The translations under genes were made by a program, and so were the position numbers. A stretch of 64,000 nt of DNA from an uncultured Gammaproteobacteria bacterium (GTDB taxonomy: Bacteria; Pseudomonadota; Gammaproteobacteria; DRLM01): contig CAVSNY010000002.1 of assembly GCA_963729605.1 (NCBI GenBank), positions 256,001-320,000 of the forward strand, given 5' to 3'. Below are positions 50,057 through 60,265 of this stretch, one piece after another. The notes beneath the pieces are model-generated. The model ran no database searches and was not told where the DNA came from. It saw nothing but the letters and a program-made list of their open reading frames with translations. Position 1 is the first letter of the stretch; each line of letters opens with the position of its first letter.

Positions 50057-51730
50057 ATGCGATATCTGGTTCCGCGTTGGTTTTTGGCCTTGAGTATTCA
50101 GTGGAAACTCCAGTTCGGCTTCTTTTTGGTGACGATGATCACCATCGTGGTCAATCGCTGGGAGGGCTACGGCGAACTTGAAAAGTTGATCGCGATCGCC
50201 CAGGCCAACGGCGCGTCGGCGGCGATGCTTGAACAGCTGGATCAACGCCTGAGCGCCTACGTCACCGCCTCGATTTGGCAATCGGGTGTCGAGTTCATCA
50301 TTTTATTTTTCGTGATCTCGCTGCTGGCCAAATTGTTTTCCAGACCCATCAAGAATCTTTGTCGTGCCCTGGAAGGCATCGAGAAAGGCGACCTGACCCA
50401 TGCGGTGGAGACGCGCTCGCTGGATGAGATCGGTATCCTCGAACACAGCTTCAATGCCATGTTGTCCAATCTCACGGATATCATCCGCAACATCGACGAC
50501 AACAGTAAGCAGATGGCGCAATCGGCGTATCAAGTGGCGACCATCTCCCACGAGATCGCCAAGGTCAGTAAAAACGAACACAGCCGTTCGGAGGAGGTGT
50601 CCTCCGCCACCGAGCAGATGCGGAATATTTCCGCCTCGGTGCAGCAACTCGCCGAGGAGGCCAACAGGCGTTCGGTCGAAACCGAGAAATGCGCGCGGAC
50701 CGGGATCAACACCGTGCATCGCAACATCAGCGAGATGGCGGTGACGGTAAGCGAAGTCGATCGCGCCGCGCACGAAATGGATCAGCTCAAGGGCGCCTCT
50801 CAGCAGATATTCAATATCCTCAGCACCATTCAGACCATCGCCGAACAGACCAATCTACTGGCATTGAACGCGGCGATAGAGGCGGCGCGTGCCGGCGAGG
50901 CCGGTCGCGGATTCGCGGTGGTGGCCGACGAGGTGCGTAGCCTGGCGGTGCGTACCACCGAGTCCACCGGCCAGATATCGAACATCATCGGCGACCTGAA
51001 TCACCGTGTCGAACGGGTGTCTTCCGCCATGGCCGGGGTGGTGGACCGGGTGAACGCCAGCCAGGAAATCGCCCGCGCCACGTCGCAGGCTATCGAAGGG
51101 GTGGTGCAGGAGATCGTTCAAACCGCGCAGGCCAATCAGAAAATTTCCAGTGTCAGCACCGAACAAATGGAGCAGTTTCAGTTGCTGCGTTCGAGTCTGG
51201 ATCGTCTGTTCGAAACCTTCAAGGAGAGTTCGACCAAGGTGGAGACTACCGCCACCATCGGCGATGATTTGTACAAGGTATCGGAAAGCTTGAGCAGCCT
51301 GCTTGCTCAATTCGTCTACGAACGCCACGAGACCATTGAAGCGGCCCAGCAGGAAAAGCGCCGCACGCCCCGCATCGAGCGCCATCTGCTGGTGCGGGTC
51401 GCTCAGCAGAATACGTTGCGTGAAAGCATTTGCAAGGATATGAGCATGACCGGCATGCAGTTGCGGTTGAAGGAGCGTCTGAAAGACGGCGTGCCGCTGC
51501 GGCTGGATATCTTCATGCCCTACGACAAGTTTAGCGAGTATGAAGGACAAAGGCCGCTGACGCTTAACGCGCGCATCGCCTGGCAACGGCAAGGGGATGG
51601 CGGTTGGTTGTGCGGAATGGAGTTCGAACGCATGAGCGAAGCGCAAACGCGGCGTCTTCAAGAATGTTTTCACTATTTCAATAAAAAAGCCGACTTCGAC
51701 GGCGCGCAGCGGACCCGCCGCGCCGGTTGA
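50057..51730 (+). CDS. Methyl-accepting chemotaxis protein with HAMP and C-terminal PilZ domain
   Basis: Two TMs, HAMP, IAEQTNLLALNAAIEAARAGEAGRGFAVVADEVR; EKRRTPR and DMSMTG. Confidence 0.92.
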   Translation: MRYLVPRWFLALSIQWKLQFGFFLVTMITIVVNRWEGYGELEKLIAIAQANGASAAMLEQLDQRLSAYVTASIWQSGVEFIILFFVISLLAKLFSRPIKNLCRALEGIEKGDLTHAVETRSLDEIGILEHSFNAMLSNLTDIIRNIDDNSKQMAQSAYQVATISHEIAKVSKNEHSRSEEVSSATEQMRNISASVQQLAEEANRRSVETEKCARTGINTVHRNISEMAVTVSEVDRAAHEMDQLKGASQQIFNILSTIQTIAEQTNLLALNAAIEAARAGEAGRGFAVVADEVRSLAVRTTESTGQISNIIGDLNHRVERVSSAMAGVVDRVNASQEIARATSQAIEGVVQEIVQTAQANQKISSVSTEQMEQFQLLRSSLDRLFETFKESSTKVETTATIGDDLYKVSESLSSLLAQFVYERHETIEAAQQEKRRTPRIERHLLVRVAQQNTLRESICKDMSMTGMQLRLKERLKDGVPLRLDIFMPYDKFSEYEGQRPLTLNARIAWQRQGDGGWLCGMEFERMSEAQTRRLQECFHYFNKKADFDGAQRTRRAG

Positions 51731-51782
51731 GATGCCATCGTCCGCCGGCCGGCGGACGCCCCTGGATATCCCGCCCTGCTAC

Positions 51783-51929
51783 GGAAGTTTTGAATAATTC
51801 CATCCTGGAATTTTCATGGCACGGGCAGCAAACAGATGATCTTCGCTACCCTTCGTGTTCAATGGCAACCCGTTGAGCACGGCGGTACATTCATCTGCCG
51901 CAGGAACCCTGGAATAACGCAGCGGCTCC
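51783..51929 (-). mobile_element. MITE-like repeat, copy 3 (147 bp, diverged)
   Basis: GGAAGTTTTGAATAATTCCATCCTGGAATTTTCA...GGAACCCTGGAATAACGCAGCGGCTCC, colinear with copy 4. Confidence 0.8.
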
Positions 51930-52093
51930 CCGCCGACGCACGACATCGGTGGCCGGGTTGACGGCGGTAACCGCTCGTAAAATTCACGGAGTATAATGGC
52001 CCAGTAATCGGTGTCCGCGGCGTAGTCCATGCCAGGCGGCGCCGAGACCGGCGGAATTACTGCGCCGCGGAAAAATTCAAAGAGGGGTGGCGC

Positions 52094-53296
52094 GTGAAAA
52101 TAGGAACGCCTTTGAGTCCGGGCGCGACGCGGGTGATGTTGCTCGGCGCCGGCGAACTGGGGAAGGAAGTGATCATCGCCTTGCAGCGGTTGGGGGTGGA
52201 GGTGATCGCGGTGGATCGTTATCCCAACGCGCCGGGGCATCAGGTGGCGCATCGCGCCCACGTCATCGACATGACCGATCCGCACGCGGTGCGGGCGGTG
52301 GTCGAGCGGGAGCGGCCGCATCTCATCGTGCCGGAGATCGAGGCCATCGCCACCGAGGCGCTGGCCGTCATCGAGCGCGATGGTTTGGCGGAAGTGATAC
52401 CCACCGCCCGCGCCGTGCAGCTGACCATGCACCGCGAAGGCATCCGCCGCCTGGCCGCGGAAGAGCTGGATTTGCGCACCTCGCGTTACGCCTTCGCCGA
52501 AAGTCTCATCGAATTGAAGTCGGCGATCGACGGCGCCATCGGTTATCCCTGCGTGGTCAAGCCGGTGATGTCCTCGTCGGGTAAGGGCCAGTCGGTGATC
52601 AACGATCGGCATGAAGTGGCGGCGGCCTGGGATTACGCCATGAACGCGGGCCGCGTCGCCAAGGGCCGGGTGATAGTCGAGGAGATGATCGAATTCGATT
52701 ACGAAGTCACTTTACTCACCGTGCGCGCGGTGGGCGACTCGGGCGCGGTGGAGACGTTTTTCTGCGAGCCGATCGGCCATGTGCAGGTCAAGGGCGATTA
52801 CGTGGAGAGCTGGCAGCCGCAATACATGAGCCCCAAGGCCCTGGCCAAGGCGCGGGAGATCGCCGGTAAAATCACCGCCAATCTGGGCGGCCGCGGCGTG
52901 TTCGGCGTGGAGTTGTTCGTGAAGGGCGACGAGGTGTGGTTCAGCGAAGTGAGTCCGCGGCCGCACGACACCGGCATGGTGACCATGGCCAGCCAGGTCT
53001 TCAACGAGTTTGAACTTCATGCGCGGGCGATCTTGGGTCTGCCGGTGTCCACCGCCTTGCTCGCGCCCGGCGCCAGCGCGGTGGTATACGGCCAGCTGGC
53101 GGAGACCGGCATCGCCTTCGAAGGCGTCGACGAGGCCTTGCGGATCGAAGGCGTGGATCTGCGTTTGTTCGGCAAGCCCGAATCCTTCGAACGGCGGCGG
53201 ATGGGCGTGGCGCTGGCGCGGGCGGATGACGTCACCCAGGCGCGGCAGCGGGCCAAGCAGGCGGCCGCCAAGATCCATCCGGTGAGCGGCGGCTGA
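52094..53296 (+). CDS. purT: Formate-dependent phosphoribosylglycinamide formyltransferase
   Basis: [54 protein letters not shown]. Confidence 0.96.
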   Translation: MKIGTPLSPGATRVMLLGAGELGKEVIIALQRLGVEVIAVDRYPNAPGHQVAHRAHVIDMTDPHAVRAVVERERPHLIVPEIEAIATEALAVIERDGLAEVIPTARAVQLTMHREGIRRLAAEELDLRTSRYAFAESLIELKSAIDGAIGYPCVVKPVMSSSGKGQSVINDRHEVAAAWDYAMNAGRVAKGRVIVEEMIEFDYEVTLLTVRAVGDSGAVETFFCEPIGHVQVKGDYVESWQPQYMSPKALAKAREIAGKITANLGGRGVFGVELFVKGDEVWFSEVSPRPHDTGMVTMASQVFNEFELHARAILGLPVSTALLAPGASAVVYGQLAETGIAFEGVDEALRIEGVDLRLFGKPESFERRRMGVALARADDVTQARQRAKQAAAKIHPVSGG

Positions 53297-53326
53297 GGTC
53301 GTGGGGCCGCATGGGCGCGCCGTAGT

Positions 53327-54067
53327 ATGAAAACCGGACTCATCATCATCGGCGACGAAATCCTGTCGGGCAAGCGGCAAGACCGCCACGTCGCGCGGAC
53401 CATCGAGATGCTGCGCGAACGCGGCATGGAATTGAGCTGGTGCCGCATCGTGGGCGACGACCCGGCGCTGATCGTCGCCACCTTGCGCCAGACCATGGCG
53501 AGTCCCGACCTGGTGTTCAGTTGCGGCGGCATCGGCGCGACGCCCGACGATCACACCCGCGCCTGCGCGGCGCGCGCCGCCGGGGTGGCATTGGCGCGGC
53601 ATCCCGCGGCGGTGGCGGAAATGGAGGCGCGCTTCGGGCCGGGCCTCTCGCCCTCGCGTGAATTGTTGGCGTGTTTACCGGTGGGCAGTCAAATCATTCC
53701 CAATCCCTATAACCGGGTGCCGGGTTTCAGCGTGGCCCATCATCATTTCCTGCCGGGCTTTCCCGAGATGGCATGGCCGATGATGGCCTGGGTGCTGGAT
53801 GAACGGTATCCGCACCTGCATCGCGCCGCGCCGGACAGCGAGCGGATCCTGATCGTGCAGGCGCGCGAGGGGGAATTGCTGGCGATGATGGAGGACTTCG
53901 TCGCGCGTTATCCGGCCTGCCGTTTTTCGTCCCTGCCGGAGTTGGGGCGGGAGCCGGTACTGGAGCTGGGTGTGCGCGGCGCCGCCGCCGAGGTGGCGGC
54001 GGCGCTGGGTTATTGGCAGGAGGGTTTGACGGCGCGCAATATTGCCTGGCGGGAAAAGTCGCAATAG
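53327..54067 (+). CDS. CinA-like molybdopterin-binding domain protein
   Basis: IIGDEILSGKRQD, GGIGATPDDHT, IPNPYN.VPGF, PGFPEMAWPM. Confidence 0.85.
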   Translation: MKTGLIIIGDEILSGKRQDRHVARTIEMLRERGMELSWCRIVGDDPALIVATLRQTMASPDLVFSCGGIGATPDDHTRACAARAAGVALARHPAAVAEMEARFGPGLSPSRELLACLPVGSQIIPNPYNRVPGFSVAHHHFLPGFPEMAWPMMAWVLDERYPHLHRAAPDSERILIVQAREGELLAMMEDFVARYPACRFSSLPELGREPVLELGVRGAAAEVAAALGYWQEGLTARNIAWREKSQ

Positions 54068-54086
54068 GTGTTTACGGGAGGTGATG

Positions 54087-54425
54087 ATGAAAGTCCGGGA
54101 ATTGCTCGAAGGCTGGCAGGAGGCCGGCGCCGCTCGCTACGTGACTCAGGAGCTGTGCGCGCCCCTGCCTTTGCACGACCTCGCCCGTCTGATGGCCTTG
54201 GCGGAACTGTATCCGGGCCGCGACCAGGCGCAATTGCTGGCGGATTTGTTGTCCGCCGCCTTGGATGAATTGATGGCAGCCTTTCCCTACGTGCAGGGCG
54301 AGAAGGTGGTGGCGGAGGACGACCACGGCGATCCGCTTTACGAGGATGTCGGTTTGACGCCGCGCTTTCTGGCGCTGACCCAAAAATATTTGCAGGTGTT
54401 GGAGGCGGCGGCGGAGGGGAACTAG
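54087..54425 (+). CDS. Conserved hypothetical protein (family often labelled 'pilin assembly protein')
   Basis: ARL.ALAELYP, DLLSAALDEL...FPYVQG..V...D..GDPLYEDVG.TPRF. Confidence 0.75.
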   Translation: MKVRELLEGWQEAGAARYVTQELCAPLPLHDLARLMALAELYPGRDQAQLLADLLSAALDELMAAFPYVQGEKVVAEDDHGDPLYEDVGLTPRFLALTQKYLQVLEAAAEGN

Positions 54426-54434
54426 TCTCGACGC

Positions 54435-55316
54435 TCAGGCCGCGAGCTGTTCCACCAGGGTGTCGAGTTCGGAAGAGATGGTGAAGAGTTTTTCCACCAT
54501 GGAGAGGACCCAGTTCTCATTCAAGCCCAAACTGGCGAGGACTTCTTTGGGCAGTTCGCCGTTATTGCCGTCGCCCAATTCGTGGCGCGCCAGGGCGCGG
54601 TCGGCGAGCAGGGCGAGTTTTGAATAGATGCAGTGGCGGCCGTCATAATCGGGATAATGATGTTCCCGCGCGGCGATGATGACCTCTTCGGGCAGATCCC
54701 AGGCCCGCATCAGCCACATACCCAATTGCTCATGACGCACGCCCAGCAGTTGTAATTCGATTTCGCGGGTCGAGTTGGCGTCGCTTTCGCTGAATAGATG
54801 ATTGAGCAAGCGGAATTCGTCCGGATGCAGATGATTGAGGGTCACGAAACCCAGGTTGTGCAGGAGACCGGCGAGATAGGTGAGCCCCGGCGGCGGGCGG
54901 ACGGCGGCGGGCATGGCGGCGCTGAATTCCTGCATCAGGGTTGCGCTGTACACCGCATGGCGCCAGAACGCCTCCCGCCCGAGCCGGCCATCCTCCGGCA
55001 TATTCAGGCGATTACCAGTGGCCAGGCCCAACGCCATGTGCAGGCCCATATCAAAACCGAGCACGAGGGTGATGGCCTTTTGCACGGACGTGACCCTGCC
55101 CCCATAGCCGAACAGCGACAGGCGGGCGTAGCGGACGATTTGCGCGGAGAGGCTCGGATCTTTTTCCACTACCGCGGCCAACTCTTGCGCGCCGGCCTGG
55201 GGGTCGTTGCGCAGACGCAGCAGGGCGCGGGCCGCTTCCGGCAGCGTCGGCAGATTGTCCAAGCGTTGGATGCGTTGCCGGATGGTCCGCGCGAACTCAT
55301 CTTTAGTGTGGGCCAT
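54435..55316 (-). CDS. HDOD-domain protein (paralogue of 14007-15389 lacking the YbaK domain)
   Basis: GAGGGAG RBS; LPTLP, DPSLSAQIVRYA, VLGFDM, FWRHA, AGLLHNLG, W.LPEE. Confidence 0.88.
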   Translation of the reverse strand: MAHTKDEFARTIRQRIQRLDNLPTLPEAARALLRLRNDPQAGAQELAAVVEKDPSLSAQIVRYARLSLFGYGGRVTSVQKAITLVLGFDMGLHMALGLATGNRLNMPEDGRLGREAFWRHAVYSATLMQEFSAAMPAAVRPPPGLTYLAGLLHNLGFVTLNHLHPDEFRLLNHLFSESDANSTREIELQLLGVRHEQLGMWLMRAWDLPEEVIIAAREHHYPDYDGRHCIYSKLALLADRALARHELGDGNNGELPKEVLASLGLNENWVLSMVEKLFTISSELDTLVEQLAA

Positions 55317-55656
55317 GAGTTTTTCTCCCTCGAGCAAGGTCCTTAATATTCGTTCCGCCGTTACTGCGGGGTGCGGCCGCCTATTTATTCGTACCTGTCG
55401 GGCGTGAACCGCGCGTCCCGGCTTGATTTCGCCCGGTGTTTCTTCCCGGGCCTCCGTTGAGCACAAGCTCAAGTTCACGGCGTTTTTGCCGGACGGCTGA
55501 CAGCGATAAGCAGGGTATCGGATTATTGATTGAATCGCTTGAATATATCTGTGAGCCGCGAGTTTAAATAATTTGAATGTGGCACGGCGCGCTGGTGCCG
55601 AGCGGCTTGCATCGCGGCATGGGTGCCGCGAACCGGCCGGGCCGCCGCGTGTCCCG

Positions 55657-56535
55657 CTAGTGCTGGGTGGTGGAGGCGTGTTCTATCACGTCCGTGCTGA
55701 AGATATGTTCTATGTCCACCGGGTCGAAATCGTAACGCTGGTTGCAGAACTCGCAATGGACGGTGACCGCGCCTTGTTCCGCCAGCAGGGGTTTGATCTC
55801 GCCGGGTCCGAGCAGGCGCAGGGTGTGCTCCACCCGCTCGCGCGAGCACGAACAACGAAAACTCACCGGGATGGGTTCGAACACCCGCACGTCTTCTTCG
55901 TGAAACAGGCGTTTGATGATCTCGCCGGCGGTGCAGCCGCTCAATTCATCGCCGGTGAGGGTGGCGCCGAGATGGGTCATCCGGTTCCAGGCGTCGCGAT
56001 CTTCGCTTTCGCTATCCGGCGCTTTTTGCAGCAGCAGGCCGGCGGCGTAATCCGCGCCCGCGCCGAGCCACAGGCGGGTGTCCAAATGTTCCGAACGGGT
56101 GAAATACGCTTGCAGCGTCTCGGCCACCGTGTCGCCCGCGGCGTCGACGATGGCTTGATAACGTTCGTCGCCCTGTTCCGGATTGAGGGTGATGACCAGC
56201 CGGCCTTGGCCGATTTGGCTGGCGAGCGCGCCGTACTCCACCGTGCCGTTCCAGCGCGCGGTGGCGCGCAGGCCGTAGTCGCTGCTGCATTCCACCACCA
56301 GCCATTCGATGGGCCCGCCGCCCTGCAATTGCAGGGACAGGGTGCCTCGATAACGCAGGGTGGCGTTGAGCAGCGCGGCGGCGGCCATCAGTTCACCGAT
56401 GCGGTCGCGCAGCGCCGGCGGATAGGTGTGGCGGCTGAGCACCGCCCGCCAACTGGCGCCGAGCTGAACGATGTGGCCGCGGATGCCGTGTTCTTCGAAT
56501 AAAAACGTTTGTAAGGTATCGGCGCTCGCGCTCAC
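55657..56535 (-). CDS. hslO: Redox-regulated chaperone Hsp33
   Basis: IRGHIV, YQAIV, YF.RSE, GLLLQK, CSCS and CEFC zinc motif. Confidence 0.95.
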   Translation of the reverse strand: MSASADTLQTFLFEEHGIRGHIVQLGASWRAVLSRHTYPPALRDRIGELMAAAALLNATLRYRGTLSLQLQGGGPIEWLVVECSSDYGLRATARWNGTVEYGALASQIGQGRLVITLNPEQGDERYQAIVDAAGDTVAETLQAYFTRSEHLDTRLWLGAGADYAAGLLLQKAPDSESEDRDAWNRMTHLGATLTGDELSGCTAGEIIKRLFHEEDVRVFEPIPVSFRCSCSRERVEHTLRLLGPGEIKPLLAEQGAVTVHCEFCNQRYDFDPVDIEHIFSTDVIEHASTTQH

Positions 56536-56775
56536 GCGGGTTCCCGTCTGCTGTGAGTGATATCCATGAGGAAGCGCAGAATAACATGAGCGCCCGTGCC
56601 GCCGCGCCTGGTCCTAAAAACCGCGAATACCCGCCCCGGAGGGCATAGAGAATTGGGTTGGCGGCATTGGGCGAGTTCATCTGTTGGATGCCCCTCGACC
56701 GGGGCGCGGGACTTTGATTTTGTGGACCCCGTGGCCAACGGCTTTTCGGGGCGAGGGATGGCCCGGCCGCGTTGG

Positions 56776-58728
56776 TCAACCGTCCATCTTGGCGGGCTGG
56801 GCGGTCTGGATGGAGGGCATGCGGGTTTTCAAAGGAATGGGCGGGCGGCCGAGCCGGTGATCGTAAATGGCGGTGTAGGCGAATACCTGCTGCAAATAAT
56901 TGCGGGTCTCGTAAAAAGGCACGGTTTCCACCCAGATGTCGGCGGGAACGAGTTGGTCGGCGGCCGGCCGCCAACGCGCAACCCGCGCGCCGCCGGCATT
57001 GTAAGCGGCGGTGGCGAGTACGGCGTTGTCGTCGAAGCGGTCGAGGGTATGGCGCAGATAAGCGATGCCCAGGCGGATATTGGTGCCGGCGTCGAGCAAG
57101 GACTGTGTCCCGTTGAGTTTGACCTTGAGCGCGCGCGCCACCTCGTGCGCGGTGCGCGGCAGCAGTTGCATCAGACCGAGCGCGCCGGCCGAGGAGCGCG
57201 CGTCGGGCATGAAGGCGCTCTCCTGGCGGATGACGGCGAAGGCCCAGGCCGGATCGACGCGGCTGTCGCGCGCCGCGGCGAGCACCGCCTCTTGATGGAC
57301 GATGGGAAAGCGCAGCGGGAGGTCATCCTTGAAGGGCGTGGCCGCCAGGGTGAAGATGGCGCGATCATGCCAGCCCCAGCGTTCCGCGAGTTTGGCGGCG
57401 TGGCTCAATTGGGTGGCGTTCATGTTGCGGGTGGCGTAGGCCCATTCGCGGCGCGCCTCCGCCGTGCGGTCCAGCAAGAACAATTCGCGCGCCCGGCGGA
57501 TGTCCGGCAGCTTTTCCACGCTGGCCAGGCTGTCGTCGCCCACGGTGAGCGGCTGGGACTCCATGGCGTACGGCGCCTCGATCCGGTCGGCGGCGAGGAA
57601 GCCGTAATAGTTGCGGGTGCGCGCCAGGCTTTCATAGATGGCCTTCGCCTCCGGGTTGCCGGTGGCTTCCAGGGCGCGGGCTCGCCAATACAACCAACGC
57701 GGGTTTTGCCGCTCTTCCTGGTTGAGTTCGTCTATCCAAATCCGTGCCGCCTGCCAATCGCCGAGGCTGAGGGCGACCCGCACCCGCCATTCGCGGAGCG
57801 TGCCGTCGAGTTGTTGCGGATCGAGGGCCGCCAGCCGGTCCAACGCCTCGGGATTGCCGCGCAAGGCGTGGCCGAGGGCGAGGCGGCGTTCCACCGCCGC
57901 GCGTTCATCGGCGCTGAACGGGTACTGGGTTTTGACCGCTTCCCAGAGTGTGCCGCCGGCCGCCACGTCGCGCTGCGTCGCCCGTTGTACGGCGTATAAA
58001 ACGATGGCGCGCGCGCGTGGATGGCCCTTGTCCTGCGTGAGCTGGCGGAGGCCGGTGATTTGACTGGGATTGTTATACGCGCTGATCCAGGTATCGAACC
58101 AGGTCTGGTCGGCCTTGGGGAGTTGTTTCGCTAGGTAGCGGGCCAGCGGCAGCTCGCCCTTGTCCATGGCCAGCTCGATACGTTGCCAGATCAAGGCGGG
58201 TGTCAGCGCGCCGGTTTCGCGCCAGGCATCGAATAGCGGATCGCAGGCTTTCGGCTGGCCGCGGCCGGTCAGCCAGAGTTGTTCCACCCCCTCCAGCGCC
58301 GCCTCGCGCCGGCCGGTTTGGTAAAGCGCCTGGCGCTGGAAACAATGCAGCACGATGTCGCTGCCGGGGTGATAGTGGTTGAGAAAAAGATTCCACTGTT
58401 TTTCGCCGGCCAGGTAAGTGAGCCAATGTTGATGCAGCAGCGGGGCGAGCGGAGTTTTTTTAAACGTATCGAGAAAACGGTCCACCTCATTTTCGCGGGA
58501 GCTCGACGGATTGCGCAGCAGTTCAGCGTAGATCAGGTAAGGATAAAGCGGATAATCGCGCAATTCGGCGGCAAGGGTTTGAAAGCGCGGAATATCGTTC
58601 GCGGCCAGCGCACTCTCCGCCTCGACGAAACGGGCGCGTTGCCGCTCGATGTTATCGGGCTCGGCGGCGTGGTTCAGTTGCACGCCGAGACACAATGCCG
58701 CCGCGAGGCAGATATTTTTGGTAATCAT
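56776..58728 (-). CDS. slt: Soluble lytic transglycosylase Slt70
   Basis: YPLYPYL, YW.ARAL, YYGFLAA, RQESAF, GA.GLMQL, AAYNAG, ETVPF.ETRNY. Confidence 0.93.
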   Translation of the reverse strand: MITKNICLAAALCLGVQLNHAAEPDNIERQRARFVEAESALAANDIPRFQTLAAELRDYPLYPYLIYAELLRNPSSSRENEVDRFLDTFKKTPLAPLLHQHWLTYLAGEKQWNLFLNHYHPGSDIVLHCFQRQALYQTGRREAALEGVEQLWLTGRGQPKACDPLFDAWRETGALTPALIWQRIELAMDKGELPLARYLAKQLPKADQTWFDTWISAYNNPSQITGLRQLTQDKGHPRARAIVLYAVQRATQRDVAAGGTLWEAVKTQYPFSADERAAVERRLALGHALRGNPEALDRLAALDPQQLDGTLREWRVRVALSLGDWQAARIWIDELNQEERQNPRWLYWRARALEATGNPEAKAIYESLARTRNYYGFLAADRIEAPYAMESQPLTVGDDSLASVEKLPDIRRARELFLLDRTAEARREWAYATRNMNATQLSHAAKLAERWGWHDRAIFTLAATPFKDDLPLRFPIVHQEAVLAAARDSRVDPAWAFAVIRQESAFMPDARSSAGALGLMQLLPRTAHEVARALKVKLNGTQSLLDAGTNIRLGIAYLRHTLDRFDDNAVLATAAYNAGGARVARWRPAADQLVPADIWVETVPFYETRNYLQQVFAYTAIYDHRLGRPPIPLKTRMPSIQTAQPAKMDG

Positions 58729-58803
58729 GCCAACACCCGTCTCCCTATTACGCGCTCAGCAGCGAGCCTGGTCAGCTCGGTCGTGGCGGTGGTCGTGAAA
58801 CCG

Positions 58804-58834
58804 AAAAGATCGCACCCCCCAATCGGGGTGCGAT
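58804..58834 (-). terminator. Probable terminator after iscR
   Basis: ATCGCACCCC/GGGGTGCGAT stem followed by CTTTT on minus strand. Confidence 0.55.
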
Positions 58835-58850
58835 AGGGGGAGGTAACAGT

Positions 58851-59333
58851 TTAAGCGCTTTCCGGGCGGCGATGACGGGCCAGGCCGCGGCGGAAATGCA
58901 GGGTATCCTGCCTATGAATGACTTCTTTCACGCCGGGACGTTCCGCGAATTGCGCCAAGGTGATACCGTCGAGAAATTCGTAGATGCGCGAGCTGAGGTC
59001 GGACCACAGTTCGTGGGTGAGGCAGCGGTCGCCGTCGTCGCAGTTTTCCTTGCCGCTGCAACGGGTGACGTCCATTTTTTCATTGACGGCACCGATGATG
59101 TCCGCCACCGTGATTTGTTCCGCGGGTCGGGCCAAGCGGTAGCCGCCACGGGGTCCGCGGGTACCGGAGATGAGGCCTTTGCGCCTTAAGCGGGCGAAAA
59201 TCTGTTCCAGATATGAGAGGGAAATCCCCTGGCAAACCGAAATGTCGGCCAGGGTGACGGGTCCATATTTTTCGTGAATCGCCAAATCCATCATGGCTGT
59301 CACGGCGTAGCGGCCTTTGGTAGATAACTTCAT
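58851..59333 (-). CDS. iscR: IscR-like Rrf2 Fe-S regulator
   Basis: MKLSTKGRYAVTAM.DLA, SLSYLEQ.F, RGP.GGY, C-x5-C-x5-CLTH ligands. Confidence 0.9.
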   Translation of the reverse strand: MKLSTKGRYAVTAMMDLAIHEKYGPVTLADISVCQGISLSYLEQIFARLRRKGLISGTRGPRGGYRLARPAEQITVADIIGAVNEKMDVTRCSGKENCDDGDRCLTHELWSDLSSRIYEFLDGITLAQFAERPGVKEVIHRQDTLHFRRGLARHRRPESA

Positions 59334-59367
59334 TTAGACACCTTCTGCTAAAGTTTGGACCGGTTCT

Positions 59368-59429
59368 TATTCCGACTTATTTGGTCAACAAAAAAATATA
59401 TACAATACCCCTCTCAGCAGGTCAACTAT
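59368..59429 (-). promoter_or_regulatory. Two type-1 IscR-like autoregulatory sites
   Basis: Minus strand GTTGACCAAATAAGTCGGAATA and ATAGTTGACCTGCTGAGAGGGGTAT resemble E. coli iscR promoter sites. Confidence 0.65.
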
Positions 59430-59675
59430 TAGGATTGTTAATATTTGTGACTTGACGCGCAAATGGCTGATTGTCTGATTGGCCTGCCCTTGGCAGGGGC
59501 CGTCCATCACGATTTACCGTCCGCTGCCCGCGAATGTTTGAATGCGCTAATCCATTAAGGTAAAAAGAAAACCCGGTTCTGGGGGGAATGATTTAGAACA
59601 TGGAAAGAAAAATGGCCGTTCGCTTTCCTTCATTGGGCGCCGCCGAATAATTGAATTAATTTTTAAGGAGTGCGT

Positions 59676-60221
59676 ATGAAGAAAACCCTGCTGACGGTTT
59701 CCCTGTTTTCATTGATGCTCGCCGCGTGTGGCAAGCAAGATGAACAGCAGCCCCAGGTCGCGCCGGCGACGACGGAAACCCCCTCCTCCGAGGTCAGCCA
59801 GCCGGTGTCCCCGGCCCCGCCGGTGGTAGAGGACGGCGGCGCCGACCCGTCCGCCGCGCCGCTGTCCGAAGACGCCGCGGTGGAAGGTGCGGCGCCACCC
59901 GCTCCACCGGCGGCCGAGGCGGAGCCGGCCCCGCCGCCGGTTCCGGCGATCATGAGTCAAGACGACGCGCTGGTGCTGGCCAACCGCAGCGGTTGTCTGG
60001 CCTGTCACGCGGTATACAAAAAGGTAGTGGGGCCGGCCTGGCAAGATGTCGCCGCGCGTTATCGCGATAAAGACGTGCGGGCCCAGCTCATCGAAAAAGT
60101 CAGGAATGGCGGGACGGGCAACTGGACGGACGTGACGGGTGGAATTCCCATGCCGCCGTATTCGCCGCGCGTGACGGACGTCGACATCGAGAGGCTGGTC
60201 GATTTTATATTATCGCTATGA
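59676..60221 (+). CDS. Lipoprotein cytochrome c with long Pro/Ala/Glu linker
   Basis: AAGGAG RBS, lipobox LAAC, low-complexity tether, CLACH...PMPP domain. Confidence 0.9.
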   Translation: MKKTLLTVSLFSLMLAACGKQDEQQPQVAPATTETPSSEVSQPVSPAPPVVEDGGADPSAAPLSEDAAVEGAAPPAPPAAEAEPAPPPVPAIMSQDDALVLANRSGCLACHAVYKKVVGPAWQDVAARYRDKDVRAQLIEKVRNGGTGNWTDVTGGIPMPPYSPRVTDVDIERLVDFILSL

Positions 60222-60265
60222 CGCCGGTTGCCGGGTATGAGATTGAGTAAAGCCGGTCGTCGTAT

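Noticed and set aside
51779-52612. ORFs ending in similar peptides (KIPGWNYSKLP here, KIPRWNYSALP in 60901-61482)
   Set aside because: The similarity comes from the MITE-like repeat; the ORFs are shadows of purT and the GT gene
55579-55600. TGGCACGG sigma54-like -24 element
   Set aside because: No GC at the required 10-nt spacing, and it points at the hslO 3' end
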